Below are positions 28,402-38,110 of a stretch of DNA of 64,000 nt, one piece after another. Position 1 is the stretch's first letter, and every line of letters starts with the position of its first letter. The DNA is from Candidatus Krumholzibacteriota bacterium (GTDB taxonomy: Bacteria; Krumholzibacteriota; Krumholzibacteriia; JAJRXK01): NCBI GenBank assembly GCA_963764625.1, contig CAVXTH010000006.1, positions 1,085-65,084 of the forward strand. Direction: 5' to 3'. The position numbers and the translations under genes are program-made. The notes below the pieces were generated by a model. That model was given only the letters and a program-made list of their open reading frames with translations, searched no databases and was not told where the DNA came from.

Positions 28402-29204
28402 AGTCGTTGCTCGGAGAGCCCCTCGTTCACTTTCTTCTGCTCGGCGCATTGCTCTTCGCGGGGTACTCCATTTTCAAGCCCGGTTCGCAGCGGCGCGTCG
28501 TGCTCTCGCAGAAAGAACTACAAGAGAGAGTGCAGGAACGGCAGAAGACCCTGGGGCATCCTCTCAGCGACGAAGAACGCAAGGCCATTGTGGACGAGTA
28601 CGCCGAAGAGATGATCCTCTTGAACGAAGCCAAGCTTCTGAATCTGAATCACGGCGACGAACCGAAGCGCGATCGCTTGCTGCAACTGGCGCGCGAACGC
28701 TTGGATGAAGTTGTCCCCGAACCGACTCGTCAGCAGCTCGAGAGCTACTTCCAGCAGCACTCTTCTCAGTATCGCATGGGGGCGTGGGTCAGCTTCGACC
28801 AGGTGTTCTTCGCGCCCAAATCTCCGGCCACTCCCGCGAACCCGGACTCGTTCCTCGCTCTGCTCGCGAGCAAGGACGACGCCTCCTCACTGGGAGAGGC
28901 TGACCCCGTTATGGGCAACCACCTGAGTGAGCTCACCCGCTCGCAGCTCAAAGCGCTGTTCGGGGAGGCCTTCGCGGACACCCTGTTCGCTCTTCCCGAA
29001 TCGGTTTGGCGCGGACCTCTCGGCTCGAAGTACGGGACGCATTACGTGCGCGTGGTGGAGCACCATGAAGCCCCAATGCCTCGTTTCGAAGACGTCCAGG
29101 CTTTCTTGCGCAAGGACTGGAAGGCCATGAAGCACCGCGAAATCCAGGACGAAAAACTTCAAGAGTTGAGGCACGAATACACCATCGTTTCCAGAAAGGA
29201 TTGA
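28386..29204 (+). CDS. parvulin-type peptidyl-prolyl isomerase-like protein (SurA/PpiD-like)
   Basis: GTG start and a TM anchor. The C-terminal GPLGSKYGTHYVRVVEHHEAPMP resembles the parvulin fold end. Confidence 0.5.
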   Translation: MAKALKSLLGEPLVHFLLLGALLFAGYSIFKPGSQRRVVLSQKELQERVQERQKTLGHPLSDEERKAIVDEYAEEMILLNEAKLLNLNHGDEPKRDRLLQLARERLDEVVPEPTRQQLESYFQQHSSQYRMGAWVSFDQVFFAPKSPATPANPDSFLALLASKDDASSLGEADPVMGNHLSELTRSQLKALFGEAFADTLFALPESVWRGPLGSKYGTHYVRVVEHHEAPMPRFEDVQAFLRKDWKAMKHREIQDEKLQELRHEYTIVSRKD

Positions 29205-29211
29205 GTCGGCG

Positions 29212-31005
29212 ATGGACTCCCTCTCTGCGGCAGTAGCGCTGGCTCTGACCACGCCACTCAGCTGGCTTCTGGCGGGCGCGATCCTCGTTTCCTCAAAGGG
29301 TCCACGAGCGCTCTTGGGTTTGGTGGCCTTCGGCGCGGGTAATGCGCTCGCACTGGTGGGCGCCGATCTCGGCCTGCGTCTGGGAACACCGGCCTTCGCC
29401 GGCGTCTGGATTGCCTGCGCCTGTGTCGTCGTGTTCGGCGCTCGAGCGCGGGGCCGCGAAGCGAGTGGATTCTTTTCCGTCTTTCTCATGGTGGGCGTGC
29501 TCTCAGGGCTTGCGCTGGCGTCCTCTCCTTCCTTCGAGGATTCGTCGCAGCCGCTCGCGTGGTTGTTCGGGCAAACCCTGGGAATCCAGCTGGCGGTGGG
29601 GGCGACAGCCCTCGTGCTGGGGGCGGCAGGGGTCGCTCTTTCCCACGTCGCGCCCGGGTCCAGGTCGCGCGCGAGCGGCGCCGGTGAACCGTTGCCCCGG
29701 CCGGCAAGCGGCTGGTCCCTCCTGGGGCTCGCCCTGGCGGGGATTCTCGCCGTCGGGCTGGGAGCGCTCGCGTTTCAGACCTCGCTGCGTCCGCGCCCCC
29801 TACAGCCCGCAAGCATCTTTTCCACCGCGGCCGAAGCGGCGGCGGTGCAACGGCAATCGACCCGAGCGCCTCTCTTCCAAAGTCTCGAGGAACCCGCCGT
29901 CGCGTTCCTGACTCTCCAGCCCTATCAGCTGCGCGTAGAGGTTTTGGTCCGCGCGAAGGATCTCGGCTCCTGGCTGAAGGGAGAGTTCCCGCTGGGGAAG
30001 ACCATCGACCCCTCCGCGCAAGAGCCGCTACTGGAGAAACTCTCCCGGCGCATCGGGAGCGGGTTCTCTCTCACTCTCGACGGACAAGAGCCGAGTCCGG
30101 CCTCGGTGAAGCGGGAATTCGTCAGCATCGATCCCGCCGGGATACTGAGTCGTCCCACGCCCACCGTCGAAACCGTCGCCGACGCTCGCATCGGTCTGAA
30201 GTGGCTCTACGACCTGGCGAGTTATCCTCGGGAGCTGAGCTTTCGCTGGCAACTCTTCTCCGGTGTGGTTCAAAAGCTCTCCCTCAGCGCCACCACTCCC
30301 CGGGGCGATTCGCAGACCGTGCTTACGCCCGACTCCGCCGCCTTCCATCTACACCAGGATCCAGCCCTTCTTCACCTTCCTTCGGTCCAACGCGTGCAGG
30401 TGCGACCGCGCACCTGGCCCCTGGCTTCCACCCTTTTTCTGCTCCTGGGCGGGGCCATGTTCCTGGGGCGCAAGTTCTTGCTGCACAAGGGTTCTCGGCG
30501 TGTAGTCTTGAACTGGACGATTGTCCTCAGCCTGGCTCTCGCCTATGGGCTCTACCCCTTCGCGCGGGTCGAGGCCGAGGTGCTTCCGGCCCGTATGGAC
30601 GCGCGGCAGGCTGAGGGAATACTCCAAAGCCTTCTTGGCAACCTCTACCACTCCTTCGATCTACGGGAAGAGAGCGCGGTCTATGACCGTCTTGCGATGA
30701 GCGTCGAGGGGGACCAGTTGGAGGACATCTACCTGGCGAATCGCAAGGCCTTGGAACTGCAAAAGCGCGGGGGCGCGCAAGCGCATGTGGACGCAGTGCG
30801 AATCTTGAAGATCAAATCGGTGCGGCGACTGAAGGAGGGGCACTTCGCACTCGATGCGCTGTGGACCATCTCCGGTTCAGTAACTCACTTCGGGCACACT
30901 CACTATCGACGGAACCGCAATCACGCGGTAGTCGAAATCGCTCCCGTGAAGGGCGCGTGGAAAATCTTGAAGATCACCGTCTTGAATGAAGAGAGAGTTG
31001 TCTGA
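29212..31005 (+). CDS. hypothetical polytopic membrane protein
   Basis: Multiple hydrophobic helices in the N-terminal half and a soluble C-terminal half. No family recognised. Confidence 0.5.
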   Translation: MDSLSAAVALALTTPLSWLLAGAILVSSKGPRALLGLVAFGAGNALALVGADLGLRLGTPAFAGVWIACACVVVFGARARGREASGFFSVFLMVGVLSGLALASSPSFEDSSQPLAWLFGQTLGIQLAVGATALVLGAAGVALSHVAPGSRSRASGAGEPLPRPASGWSLLGLALAGILAVGLGALAFQTSLRPRPLQPASIFSTAAEAAAVQRQSTRAPLFQSLEEPAVAFLTLQPYQLRVEVLVRAKDLGSWLKGEFPLGKTIDPSAQEPLLEKLSRRIGSGFSLTLDGQEPSPASVKREFVSIDPAGILSRPTPTVETVADARIGLKWLYDLASYPRELSFRWQLFSGVVQKLSLSATTPRGDSQTVLTPDSAAFHLHQDPALLHLPSVQRVQVRPRTWPLASTLFLLLGGAMFLGRKFLLHKGSRRVVLNWTIVLSLALAYGLYPFARVEAEVLPARMDARQAEGILQSLLGNLYHSFDLREESAVYDRLAMSVEGDQLEDIYLANRKALELQKRGGAQAHVDAVRILKIKSVRRLKEGHFALDALWTISGSVTHFGHTHYRRNRNHAVVEIAPVKGAWKILKITVLNEERVV

Positions 31006-31567
31006 AGGCAGCGCTTTCATTTCGCCCAAACGAAAGTGGCCGTGTCATGTAACACGGCCACTGCTGTCAGAGTACTTTGGGGGTTGTGGATTCGACTCAG
31101 CCCTGACGATTGAAGTGAGCTAGCAACGCGAGCTCCTTGAGACCTTGTTGCTTCTTCACTTCGGGCGCTTTGTAGATCCTCCGTTTTGGGGAAGGGCTGG
31201 CCGCTTGTTGATCCTTCATCGTTGCGGGTCCTTGCTACTGTGGGGCGTGGCGAGCCTCACTTGGAGACTCGCAGGGACTTAAAAATCCTAGCAGATCTTT
31301 GCGCCTCAGCTCAAGCTACTCCGCCCCCTTTTTTTCACCTGCCCTCCTGAGGAGTTTTGGGGCCCTATGCTCCTCGATTCGCCCACCTTTTGCGTTTGGT
31401 CAAGAGCTTCACTCGTTGTCCTCCGGTTCCCGGCGGCCCGCGTTTTTTTTCGAGGCTTGCTCGGCTGATATTAAAATGATATGGTAACGATACCAGCGGG
31501 CACGGCTCGTCTCGACCCTTTCCGAGCGAAGCCAGGTCGTCACAGTCCTTCGAGTTGGAGGTCATCC

Positions 31568-32434
31568 ATGAAACAGGAACGCGCCATCTCCACCGCGCCC
31601 GGCGGTGGCATGATTGTCCTCGTTCTTATTCTCTACGCGGCTTTCGTCGCGCTCTTCATCTTGGGCGCGGTGGGTGGGGATCTGCCAATGCTCTTGATTG
31701 GCATCGGCCTGGGCCTCGTCGCGATTCTCGCGACGATTGGTTTTTTCATCATCAATCCCAACGAAGCAGCGGTCCTGCTTCTGTTCGGAAAATACAAGGG
31801 GACGTCTCACGCGAACGGATTCCGTTGGACCAACCCGTTCATGACGAAACGCAAGGTCTCGTTGCGCGCGCGAAATCTCAATGGGGATCGTCTCAAGGTG
31901 AACGACAAGAGCGCCAATCCGATCGAGATTGCTGCCGTGGTGGTGTGGCGGGTCAAGGACACTTTCAAGGCTCTATTCGAGGTGGACGACTACGAAGACT
32001 ACGTACGCATTCAGAGCGAGTCGGCCTTACGCCATCTCGCGAGCTCGTATCCCTACGACGGGGACGGGGACGAGCTGAGCCTGCGTGGCTCCACCGACGA
32101 GATCAACGAGCACCTTCGGACGGAAATCTCCGAACGCCTCGATCTGGCCGGAATCCAGGTCATCGAAGCTCGTTTCAGCCATATGGCCTACGCACCGGAA
32201 ATCGCCAGCGCCATGCTGCAGCGGCAGCAGGCGGCGGCCGTGGTGCAGGCGCGCCGCCTGATTGTCGACGGCGCGGTGGGCATGGTCGAGATGGCCCTCG
32301 ATCGGCTGAAGGCCCAGGAGGTTATTCATCTGGACGAGGACAAGAAGGCCACCATGGTGAGCAATCTGCTCGTCGTTCTCTGCAGTGAGAAGGCGGCGCA
32401 ACCGGTGGTGAACACGGGGACTCTCTACCAGTAA
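31568..32434 (+). CDS. SPFH/band-7 (stomatin/flotillin-like) domain protein
   Basis: ATG 31568 (MKQERAIS). TM region followed by an SPFH domain (NPNEAAVLLLFGKYKG...). Confidence 0.8.
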   Translation: MKQERAISTAPGGGMIVLVLILYAAFVALFILGAVGGDLPMLLIGIGLGLVAILATIGFFIINPNEAAVLLLFGKYKGTSHANGFRWTNPFMTKRKVSLRARNLNGDRLKVNDKSANPIEIAAVVVWRVKDTFKALFEVDDYEDYVRIQSESALRHLASSYPYDGDGDELSLRGSTDEINEHLRTEISERLDLAGIQVIEARFSHMAYAPEIASAMLQRQQAAAVVQARRLIVDGAVGMVEMALDRLKAQEVIHLDEDKKATMVSNLLVVLCSEKAAQPVVNTGTLYQ

Positions 32435-32453
32435 GAGTCGATGGGGAGACTCG

Positions 32454-32666
32454 ATGGCTCAGAAGAAGGCATTTGCGCTGCGGATCGATACGAAACTCTA
32501 TCGCGAGTTACGTGCGTGGGCGGATTCGGAGTTCCGCAGCGTGAACGGGCAGATAGAATTTCTTCTGAGTCGGGCGGTGAGCGAAAACCATCGCGGGACA
32601 ACGCGCGACAAGAGCGGCAAGAAGCTCAGTGAGAAAACCCCGCCCCGAAACGCCGGTGATAGATGA
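32454..32666 (+). CDS. Arc-family ribbon-helix-helix DNA-binding protein
   Basis: KKAFALRIDTKLYRELRAWADSEFRSVNGQIEFLL matches the Arc/MetJ RHH pattern. Confidence 0.7.
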   Translation: MAQKKAFALRIDTKLYRELRAWADSEFRSVNGQIEFLLSRAVSENHRGTTRDKSGKKLSEKTPPRNAGDR

Positions 32667-33876
32667 GGGCGAGAAGAGTTGCCACGCCAAGGATGACTCC
32701 GGCAACCAGGAAGGGCGCGCCCGGACTGAAGTACTCAAAGGCTGCCGCGCCCAGCAGGGGTCCCAGGACGCGAGCCAAACTACCCATCGATTGATTCAGA
32801 CCCAAGAACGCACCCTGGCGTTGCGCCGGGGTGGCGCGACTCAGCAGAGAGTTGAGGCTGGGGTTGTTCACGCCGAAGCCAAAGGGCATCAGCACGCAGG
32901 CCACTAGGACGAAGCTCCAAGTGGAAGCGATCCCGATGAGGGTCATGGCGACACCCAAAGCCAGGGGACCGATGATGATCAGCTTGGTCTCACCGAAACG
33001 CGGCACCAGGCGTCGGATGAGACCCCCCTGCACGAGGGCGGCCATGAGACCGATGAAGAACATGTAGCGGCCGGCGATGGGGGCCGACGCCATGATCTGA
33101 TCCATGGTTGCCTTACCAACGCTGGTGTCCATTCCGAAGCTGCCGGGAAAGCGCGCCAGGCCGAAGCGGATGAACATCGATTCGAAGCCCGAGAAACTCA
33201 GGATTGCCAGAAAGTAGAGCAGGATGATCAAGCCGATGCGCGGCTGACGGAGTGCATTGCCCAAGGTCTCGAAGCCGAAGATCCGGGTGATCCGATCGCG
33301 AGCGTGCGTCGTGGGTTCGATCAAGAGGCGGAAACCGACGATCGCGGCCAGGAGGCTCAAGCTGGCGGCGACGAAACCAGGCACGCCCATTCCCACTCCC
33401 ACCAGTTCTCCCCCGATGAGGGGGCCGAAGGTGAAGCCGAGTCCGAACGCGGCGCCGATGAGCCCCATGCCCTTGGCCCGGTTCTCGGGGGTGGTGATGT
33501 CGGCGATGTAGGCCTGCGCAGTGGGGACGTTTGCCCCGAAGAATCCGGCGAGCAGACGCGAGGCGAAAAGCATGGGCATGCCGTGGGCCAGTCCGAAGAG
33601 GACGTAGGCGGCGGAAGTTCCCAGGAGTCCACCGATGAGAATCGGACGCCGGCCGAAGCGATCGGAGAGTCGTCCCCAGAACGGCGCGAAGATGAGCTGC
33701 ATGGCGGAGAACGATGCGAAGAGCAGACCGAGGGTCATCTCATTCGCGCCGTAGGCTTCGCTGTAGATGGGCAAGAGGGGGATGACGATTCCGAAACCCA
33801 GGAGGTCGATGAAGACCGTGAGGATGACCGCCAGTAGCGCGCCTCGTTGACCCGGATTCTTCGCGACATCGTTCAT
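32626..33876 (-). CDS. MFS transporter (DHA1/TetA-like efflux family)
   Basis: Twelve predicted TM segments. MFS motif GRLSDRFGRRPIL. Confidence 0.85.
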   Translation of the reverse strand: MNDVAKNPGQRGALLAVILTVFIDLLGFGIVIPLLPIYSEAYGANEMTLGLLFASFSAMQLIFAPFWGRLSDRFGRRPILIGGLLGTSAAYVLFGLAHGMPMLFASRLLAGFFGANVPTAQAYIADITTPENRAKGMGLIGAAFGLGFTFGPLIGGELVGVGMGVPGFVAASLSLLAAIVGFRLLIEPTTHARDRITRIFGFETLGNALRQPRIGLIILLYFLAILSFSGFESMFIRFGLARFPGSFGMDTSVGKATMDQIMASAPIAGRYMFFIGLMAALVQGGLIRRLVPRFGETKLIIIGPLALGVAMTLIGIASTWSFVLVACVLMPFGFGVNNPSLNSLLSRATPAQRQGAFLGLNQSMGSLARVLGPLLGAAAFEYFSPGAPFLVAGVILGVATLLALIYHRRFGAGFSH

Positions 33877-34040
33877 GGAGCACGCACGATAGCAAAGAAA
33901 TCGCAGCTTCGCCTATCCTTTTCCCTCGCGCGCGAAGGCGCGTCCCCTGGTCTTGACACCCCGCTCCAGTTGTGCACCCTTGCGCGAGTGAGCCGTCGCG
34001 CGAAGTTCCACCCCTGCGCTGGCTCGGAAGGGGCTTCAAG

Positions 34041-34343
34041 GTGAAGAGAATCATCCTGCCAGTGGTCGCCATCATCCTGTTCGGATTTCTACTCTTCGCC
34101 TGCGCGAAGCAAACCCTTCCCGAACCCGAGAGCCAGGGCGCCCAGCTCTACTCGAAGTACTGTTCGAATTCGGGTTGCCACAGCGCGATCCCTCCGCAGG
34201 AGTCTTCCTTCCCCTACTGGCGCAATCAGTACGCGCGGTGGAGCGCGAACTTGAAGCAGAAGGGCATGGCGTACCCCTCGCCCCAGGAAGACGAGGTCAT
34301 CCTGGCCTACCTGAAGAAACACGCGCGCAAATCGAACTACTGA
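34041..34343 (+). CDS. small lipoprotein with unusual CX4CH heme-like motif
   Basis: GTG 34041 (VKRIILPVVAIILFGFLLFACAKQ, lipobox LFAC). Motif YSKYCSNSGCHS. Confidence 0.4.
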   Translation: MKRIILPVVAIILFGFLLFACAKQTLPEPESQGAQLYSKYCSNSGCHSAIPPQESSFPYWRNQYARWSANLKQKGMAYPSPQEDEVILAYLKKHARKSNY

Positions 34344-34552
34344 GGCGCCCAAGCTTCCCTGTCTTATCCCATCGCGGTCCTTCGAAAAAAAGACCTCCGA
34401 CTCCTCTCTTGCGAAGAGGCTCCTCTTGTGCCAGCCTGTGGATGGGTCTGGGCGAAGCGGAGTGGCAAAGGACTTCGAATGGGCACCTGCCTTCCCTGTG
34501 ACTGGCACCCCGGAAATCACCCAGGCCCCACCCGTCTTCCCGGTCTGGCCGC

Positions 34553-34580
34553 TTGCGGACGCCGGGCCGCGGGCTAGATT
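34553..34580 (+). promoter_or_regulatory. putative tmRNA promoter (TTGCGG-N16-TAGATT)
   Basis: The -10 TAGATT at 34575-34580 lies 11 nt upstream of tmRNA 5' end (34592). Same -10 hexamer as the tRNA promoters. Confidence 0.4.
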
Positions 34581-34591
34581 GGAAAAGCCAA

Positions 34592-34946
34592 GGGGGCGAA
34601 GGGTTTCGACGGGAGCGGTTGGGCCCCGGATGGCGTGCCGACCACCTCATCAATGTCGTTAAAGTGGTGGGAAAACATAACTGACGAGCCTATGGCTCTT
34701 GCTGCCTAACTAAAGAGGTAGCCGTTCGCCGCGGATCGGGTCTCCGGGATCTGCGATGCGGGCGTCATATACCGGTGACTGGGCGTGGACCCGTCGTCTC
34801 AGGGAAAGCGTCGAGAACCAATGGGACTGGCGTCGCGCGGATCTCGTTCCCAGAGTTACGCGACGCGAGATTATCTGGGAACTACGCACGTAGAGGTCCG
34901 TGGTCGTCGTTTTCGGACGCGGGTTCGATTCCCGCCGCCTCCACCA
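34592..34946 (+). ncRNA. ssrA: tmRNA (SsrA), standard one-piece form
   Basis: 5' GGGGGCGAAGGGTTTCGACGGG with G3-U. The 3' tRNA-like end is GGACGCGGGTTCGATTCCCGCCGCCTCCACCA. The tag reading frame ends ...gct ctt gct gcc TAA (ALAA*) at 34695-34709. Confidence 0.9.
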
Positions 34947-34992
34947 ACATCCCTCTCTGGGAGTTCCCCAGGACACTCCTTCGCATTCGTTC

Positions 34993-35682
34993 ATGACCAC
35001 CGACCTTCGGCATCGACTCGCCAGCGTGCGTGAGCGCATCGCCGATGCCTGCGCCCGTGCGGGGCGAAATCCCCAAGAAATCCAAATCCTCGCCGTGACC
35101 AAAACCCACCCGGTGGAGGTTCTTTTGCAAGCGCTTCAGGAAGGACTCGTGGACCTGGGGGAGAACCGGGTGCAGGAAGCTCTGCCGAAACTCGCGAAAC
35201 TTCCCGCGTCCGCGCGCGTTCATCTCATCGGTCGTTTGCAGAGCAACAAAGTGAACAAGGCGGTGGGCGCGTTCGCTTCGATCGAGTCGGTGGATCAACT
35301 CGATCTGCTCGCGAAGATCGCGCGCCAGGCATCCAAGCTCGGGCTGGTGCAGCCGGTCTGGGTCGAGGTGGACATCGCCGAGGAGGAACAGAAAGGGGGG
35401 TGCGTCCCGGGTGAGGTGGACGAGCTGTGGGAGAAAGGACTTGCAGAAAGTTCTCTGCAAATGGAGGGGTTGATGGGTATGGTGCGCCTTGGCGACGACG
35501 AACGGTCCGCGCGCGCGCGTTTCGCCCGTCTGCGCGGTCTGGCCGAAGCTCTCCGGCGTAAGGACGCGCGGCCGGCTCTGCTCTCGATGGGGATGAGCCG
35601 CGACTTCGAGTGGGCGGTGCAGGAGGGCAGCCATCAGCTCCGTCTGGGGAGCGTGCTCTTCGGGTCGCGCCACCCCCGCTGA
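34993..35682 (+). CDS. yggS: YggS-family PLP-binding protein (PLP homeostasis)
   Basis: ATG 34993 (MTTDLRHRL...). ILAVTKTHPVE lysine motif. Upstream ORF extension overlaps tmRNA and is rejected. Confidence 0.85.
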   Translation: MTTDLRHRLASVRERIADACARAGRNPQEIQILAVTKTHPVEVLLQALQEGLVDLGENRVQEALPKLAKLPASARVHLIGRLQSNKVNKAVGAFASIESVDQLDLLAKIARQASKLGLVQPVWVEVDIAEEEQKGGCVPGEVDELWEKGLAESSLQMEGLMGMVRLGDDERSARARFARLRGLAEALRRKDARPALLSMGMSRDFEWAVQEGSHQLRLGSVLFGSRHPR

Positions 35683-35861
35683 GCTCCGGCGCGGGCCGAA
35701 GCGGGGGCGGAAGACGGAAAGATCCTGGCGGGACCGGGTTCGCTTCCTGGAAGGAATCTGGGCACCGTGGCCCCGGGACGGCCAGATCCACGCCCCATGG
35801 GCCCGGAAAGATCCCTGGCCGGGGTGGACGCGGGCCGCGCAAGCGCCGAAAGGAGTTTGGC

Positions 35862-36113
35862 TTGCAGATTGCAAATCTGCTGACGACGCTGCTGGATCTG
35901 TACATGCTGGTCCTGCTCGCCCGAGTCCTTTTGAGCTGGGTGAGTCTGGACCGGCGGCATCCGGTAGCGCTTTGGATCTGGCGGGCCACCGAGCCCGTTC
36001 TCGGACCCATTCGCTCGGTTCTCGGCATCTGGGGCGGGTTGGACTTCAGCCCGATCGTGGCCATCCTGATCCTGTCCTTTTTGCGCCGACTGATCGTGAG
36101 GATCTTACTGTAA
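35862..36113 (+). CDS. YggT-family membrane protein
   Basis: RBS aaaggag precedes TTG 35862. LLARVLLSWV...TEPVLGPIR pattern. Confidence 0.7.
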   Translation: MQIANLLTTLLDLYMLVLLARVLLSWVSLDRRHPVALWIWRATEPVLGPIRSVLGIWGGLDFSPIVAILILSFLRRLIVRILL

Positions 36114-36146
36114 GGAGCCCGCCGAGTTCGGGCATGAGGAGGCAGA

Positions 36147-37169
36147 ATGCGCATCACGCCGCTGGACGTTCGCAAACAAGAATTCCGCAAGGGCATGCGT
36201 GGTCTTGACCCTGAAGAGGTCTACGCGTTCCTCGCTACCGTCGCCGACGAGTACGAAACCGTTCTGACCGACAACCGGCAGCTGCGTGATCGAGTGTTGG
36301 AACTGGACGAAAAGGTCTCCGAGTACCGCAACATGGAGAAGACTCTGCGCGACACTCTGCTCACGGCCGAGCGAGTCATGGGCGAAGCTCGAGAGAATGC
36401 GCGCAAGGAGGCCGAGCTCATTCTGCGGGATGCGCGCGGCCAGGCTCAGCATGAATCTCAAAGCAGCGTGGCCAAGGCCGAAGCGCTGCGCGCGCAACTG
36501 CGCGAACTGCGCTCGCATCGAGATGCGTTCTTGGCGCGTCTGCGCGGATTGGCCGAAACGCAGATCGGCTTGGTGGAGTCGTTCGCGCATGACTTCGAGG
36601 AAGACGATCGCGGGCGGACCGCCTCCGCGATGCCCGAGGCCGACACCTACTCGCAGCCGCAGTCTCCTGCACCATCCCAGAAACTCTCTGGGCCCCAGGG
36701 CTACTCCAATCCTCAGGATGTCTCTGGGTCCCAGCCTCTCACGGAGCCGCAGGATTACTCCGGGCCCCAAAACTCCTTCGAAGCGCGCGCGCAGCGAGGG
36801 GCCGAGACCTACTCCGAGCCGAGTTCGCCTCACGTGCCCGATTCCGCGCTCTCCGCCGAGGATCACTGGCGCGAATACAAGGCCGGGGCGGCGAGCGTGA
36901 TCTCCAGCGGCGATTCCGTGCGTGAAGTGGAGGAGCACGTCGCGCGGACCGTGGCGGAAATGGCCCAGGCCGCGGGTGCCGAGTCTGGACAAGGGCTGCA
37001 ATCTATGCCACCTTCCCCGGACTCTGGCGCGGAGCTCTCTTCGAGTTTCGGGGCTGGAATGCCCGAGGAGGAGCCGGTGCCGGAGGTTTCCGCCGAGGGG
37101 TCCGAGGATGGCCAACGGGGTTCGCGCTGGTCCATCTCCCGTTTCACGCGGAGCTTGAGCGAGTTCTAG
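36147..37169 (+). CDS. divIVA: DivIVA domain protein with low-complexity Pro/Gln/Ser-rich C-terminal tail
   Basis: RBS gaggagg. ITPLDVRKQEFRKGMRGLDPEEV is a DivIVA N-terminal domain. Coiled-coil region follows, then PQ/SG repeats. Confidence 0.8.
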   Translation: MRITPLDVRKQEFRKGMRGLDPEEVYAFLATVADEYETVLTDNRQLRDRVLELDEKVSEYRNMEKTLRDTLLTAERVMGEARENARKEAELILRDARGQAQHESQSSVAKAEALRAQLRELRSHRDAFLARLRGLAETQIGLVESFAHDFEEDDRGRTASAMPEADTYSQPQSPAPSQKLSGPQGYSNPQDVSGSQPLTEPQDYSGPQNSFEARAQRGAETYSEPSSPHVPDSALSAEDHWREYKAGAASVISSGDSVREVEEHVARTVAEMAQAAGAESGQGLQSMPPSPDSGAELSSSFGAGMPEEEPVPEVSAEGSEDGQRGSRWSISRFTRSLSEF

Positions 37170-37280
37170 GCTTCTCTACCGCCTCCGCTCGAACTCCACG
37201 GCCGGGCCCTCGGGTCCGGTCGTTCCTTTTACTACTGACCGCGCCGGGGCTTTCCGGCGATGGCGCCCGGGAGGGCGGAG

Positions 37281-38099
37281 ATGACACTGAGGGACAAGAT
37301 CCAGACTGCCGCCGATTTCCTGCACGAGCGCTGCTCGAGCAAGCCGGAGTACGGACTCATTTTGGGGACGGGTCTGGGTAGTCTCGCCGACAAGGTCGAC
37401 GCGGAATTAGTGCTGCCTTACGACGAAATCCCTGGCTTCGTCAAGAGCACTGCGCTGAGTCACGCGGGCAACCTCGTCATGGGAACTCTCGGGGGGAAGC
37501 AGGTCATGGCCATGCAGGGCCGTGTCCACTACTACGAGGGTTACTCCATGCAGGAGATCACGCTGCCGGTCCGCGTGATGCGTGCCATGGGTTGTCATTC
37601 GCTCATCATGAGCAATGCAGTGGGCAGCATGAACCCCAACATCGTGCCGGGTCAGATCGGCATCCTGGTGGATCACATCAACCTCATGGGAGACAACCCG
37701 CTCATCGGTCCCAACGACGACGAGCTTGGCCCGCGCTTTCCCGACATGTCCCAGCCCTACGATCGTGAATACATCGAGCGGGCGGTCGAGGTCGCGCTCA
37801 CCCTGAAGTTGCCGGTGCAGAAAGCGATCTACGCTGCGGTCGCCGGCCCCAACCTCGAGACCGCAGCCGAGTATCGTTTCTTGCGCGCGGCCGGCGCCGA
37901 TCTAGTGGGGATGTCCATGGTTCCCGAAAACCTGGTGGCCATCCACGGGGGCATGCGTGTGCTGGGACTGAGCGTTGTGACCGACATGGGTCTGGCCGAC
38001 GCCCTCAAGCCGGCCGAAGTGGAGAAGATCATCGAGATCGCCAACCTCACCGAACCGCGGCTCTCGGAATTCGTCACGCGGTTTCTCCAGGACTCCTGA
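37281..38099 (+). CDS. punA: purine nucleoside phosphorylase (PunA/PNP family)
   Basis: ATG 37281. Conserved PNP motifs GTGLGSLAD, MQGRVHYYEGY, SNAVGS. Confidence 0.85.
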   Translation: MTLRDKIQTAADFLHERCSSKPEYGLILGTGLGSLADKVDAELVLPYDEIPGFVKSTALSHAGNLVMGTLGGKQVMAMQGRVHYYEGYSMQEITLPVRVMRAMGCHSLIMSNAVGSMNPNIVPGQIGILVDHINLMGDNPLIGPNDDELGPRFPDMSQPYDREYIERAVEVALTLKLPVQKAIYAAVAGPNLETAAEYRFLRAAGADLVGMSMVPENLVAIHGGMRVLGLSVVTDMGLADALKPAEVEKIIEIANLTEPRLSEFVTRFLQDS

Positions 38100-38110
38100 A
38101 GGAAATCCGG

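Noticed and set aside
34775-35033. Short ORFs overlapping 34700-35030 and the 5' extension of the yggS ORF (34900..34992)
   Set aside because: This region is the tmRNA gene. The true yggS start is ATG 34993.
34882-37115. Minus-strand ORFs 34882..35874, 35225..36196, 36105..37115
   Set aside because: Antisense to yggS/yggT/divIVA. Arg/Pro-rich high-GC artefacts.
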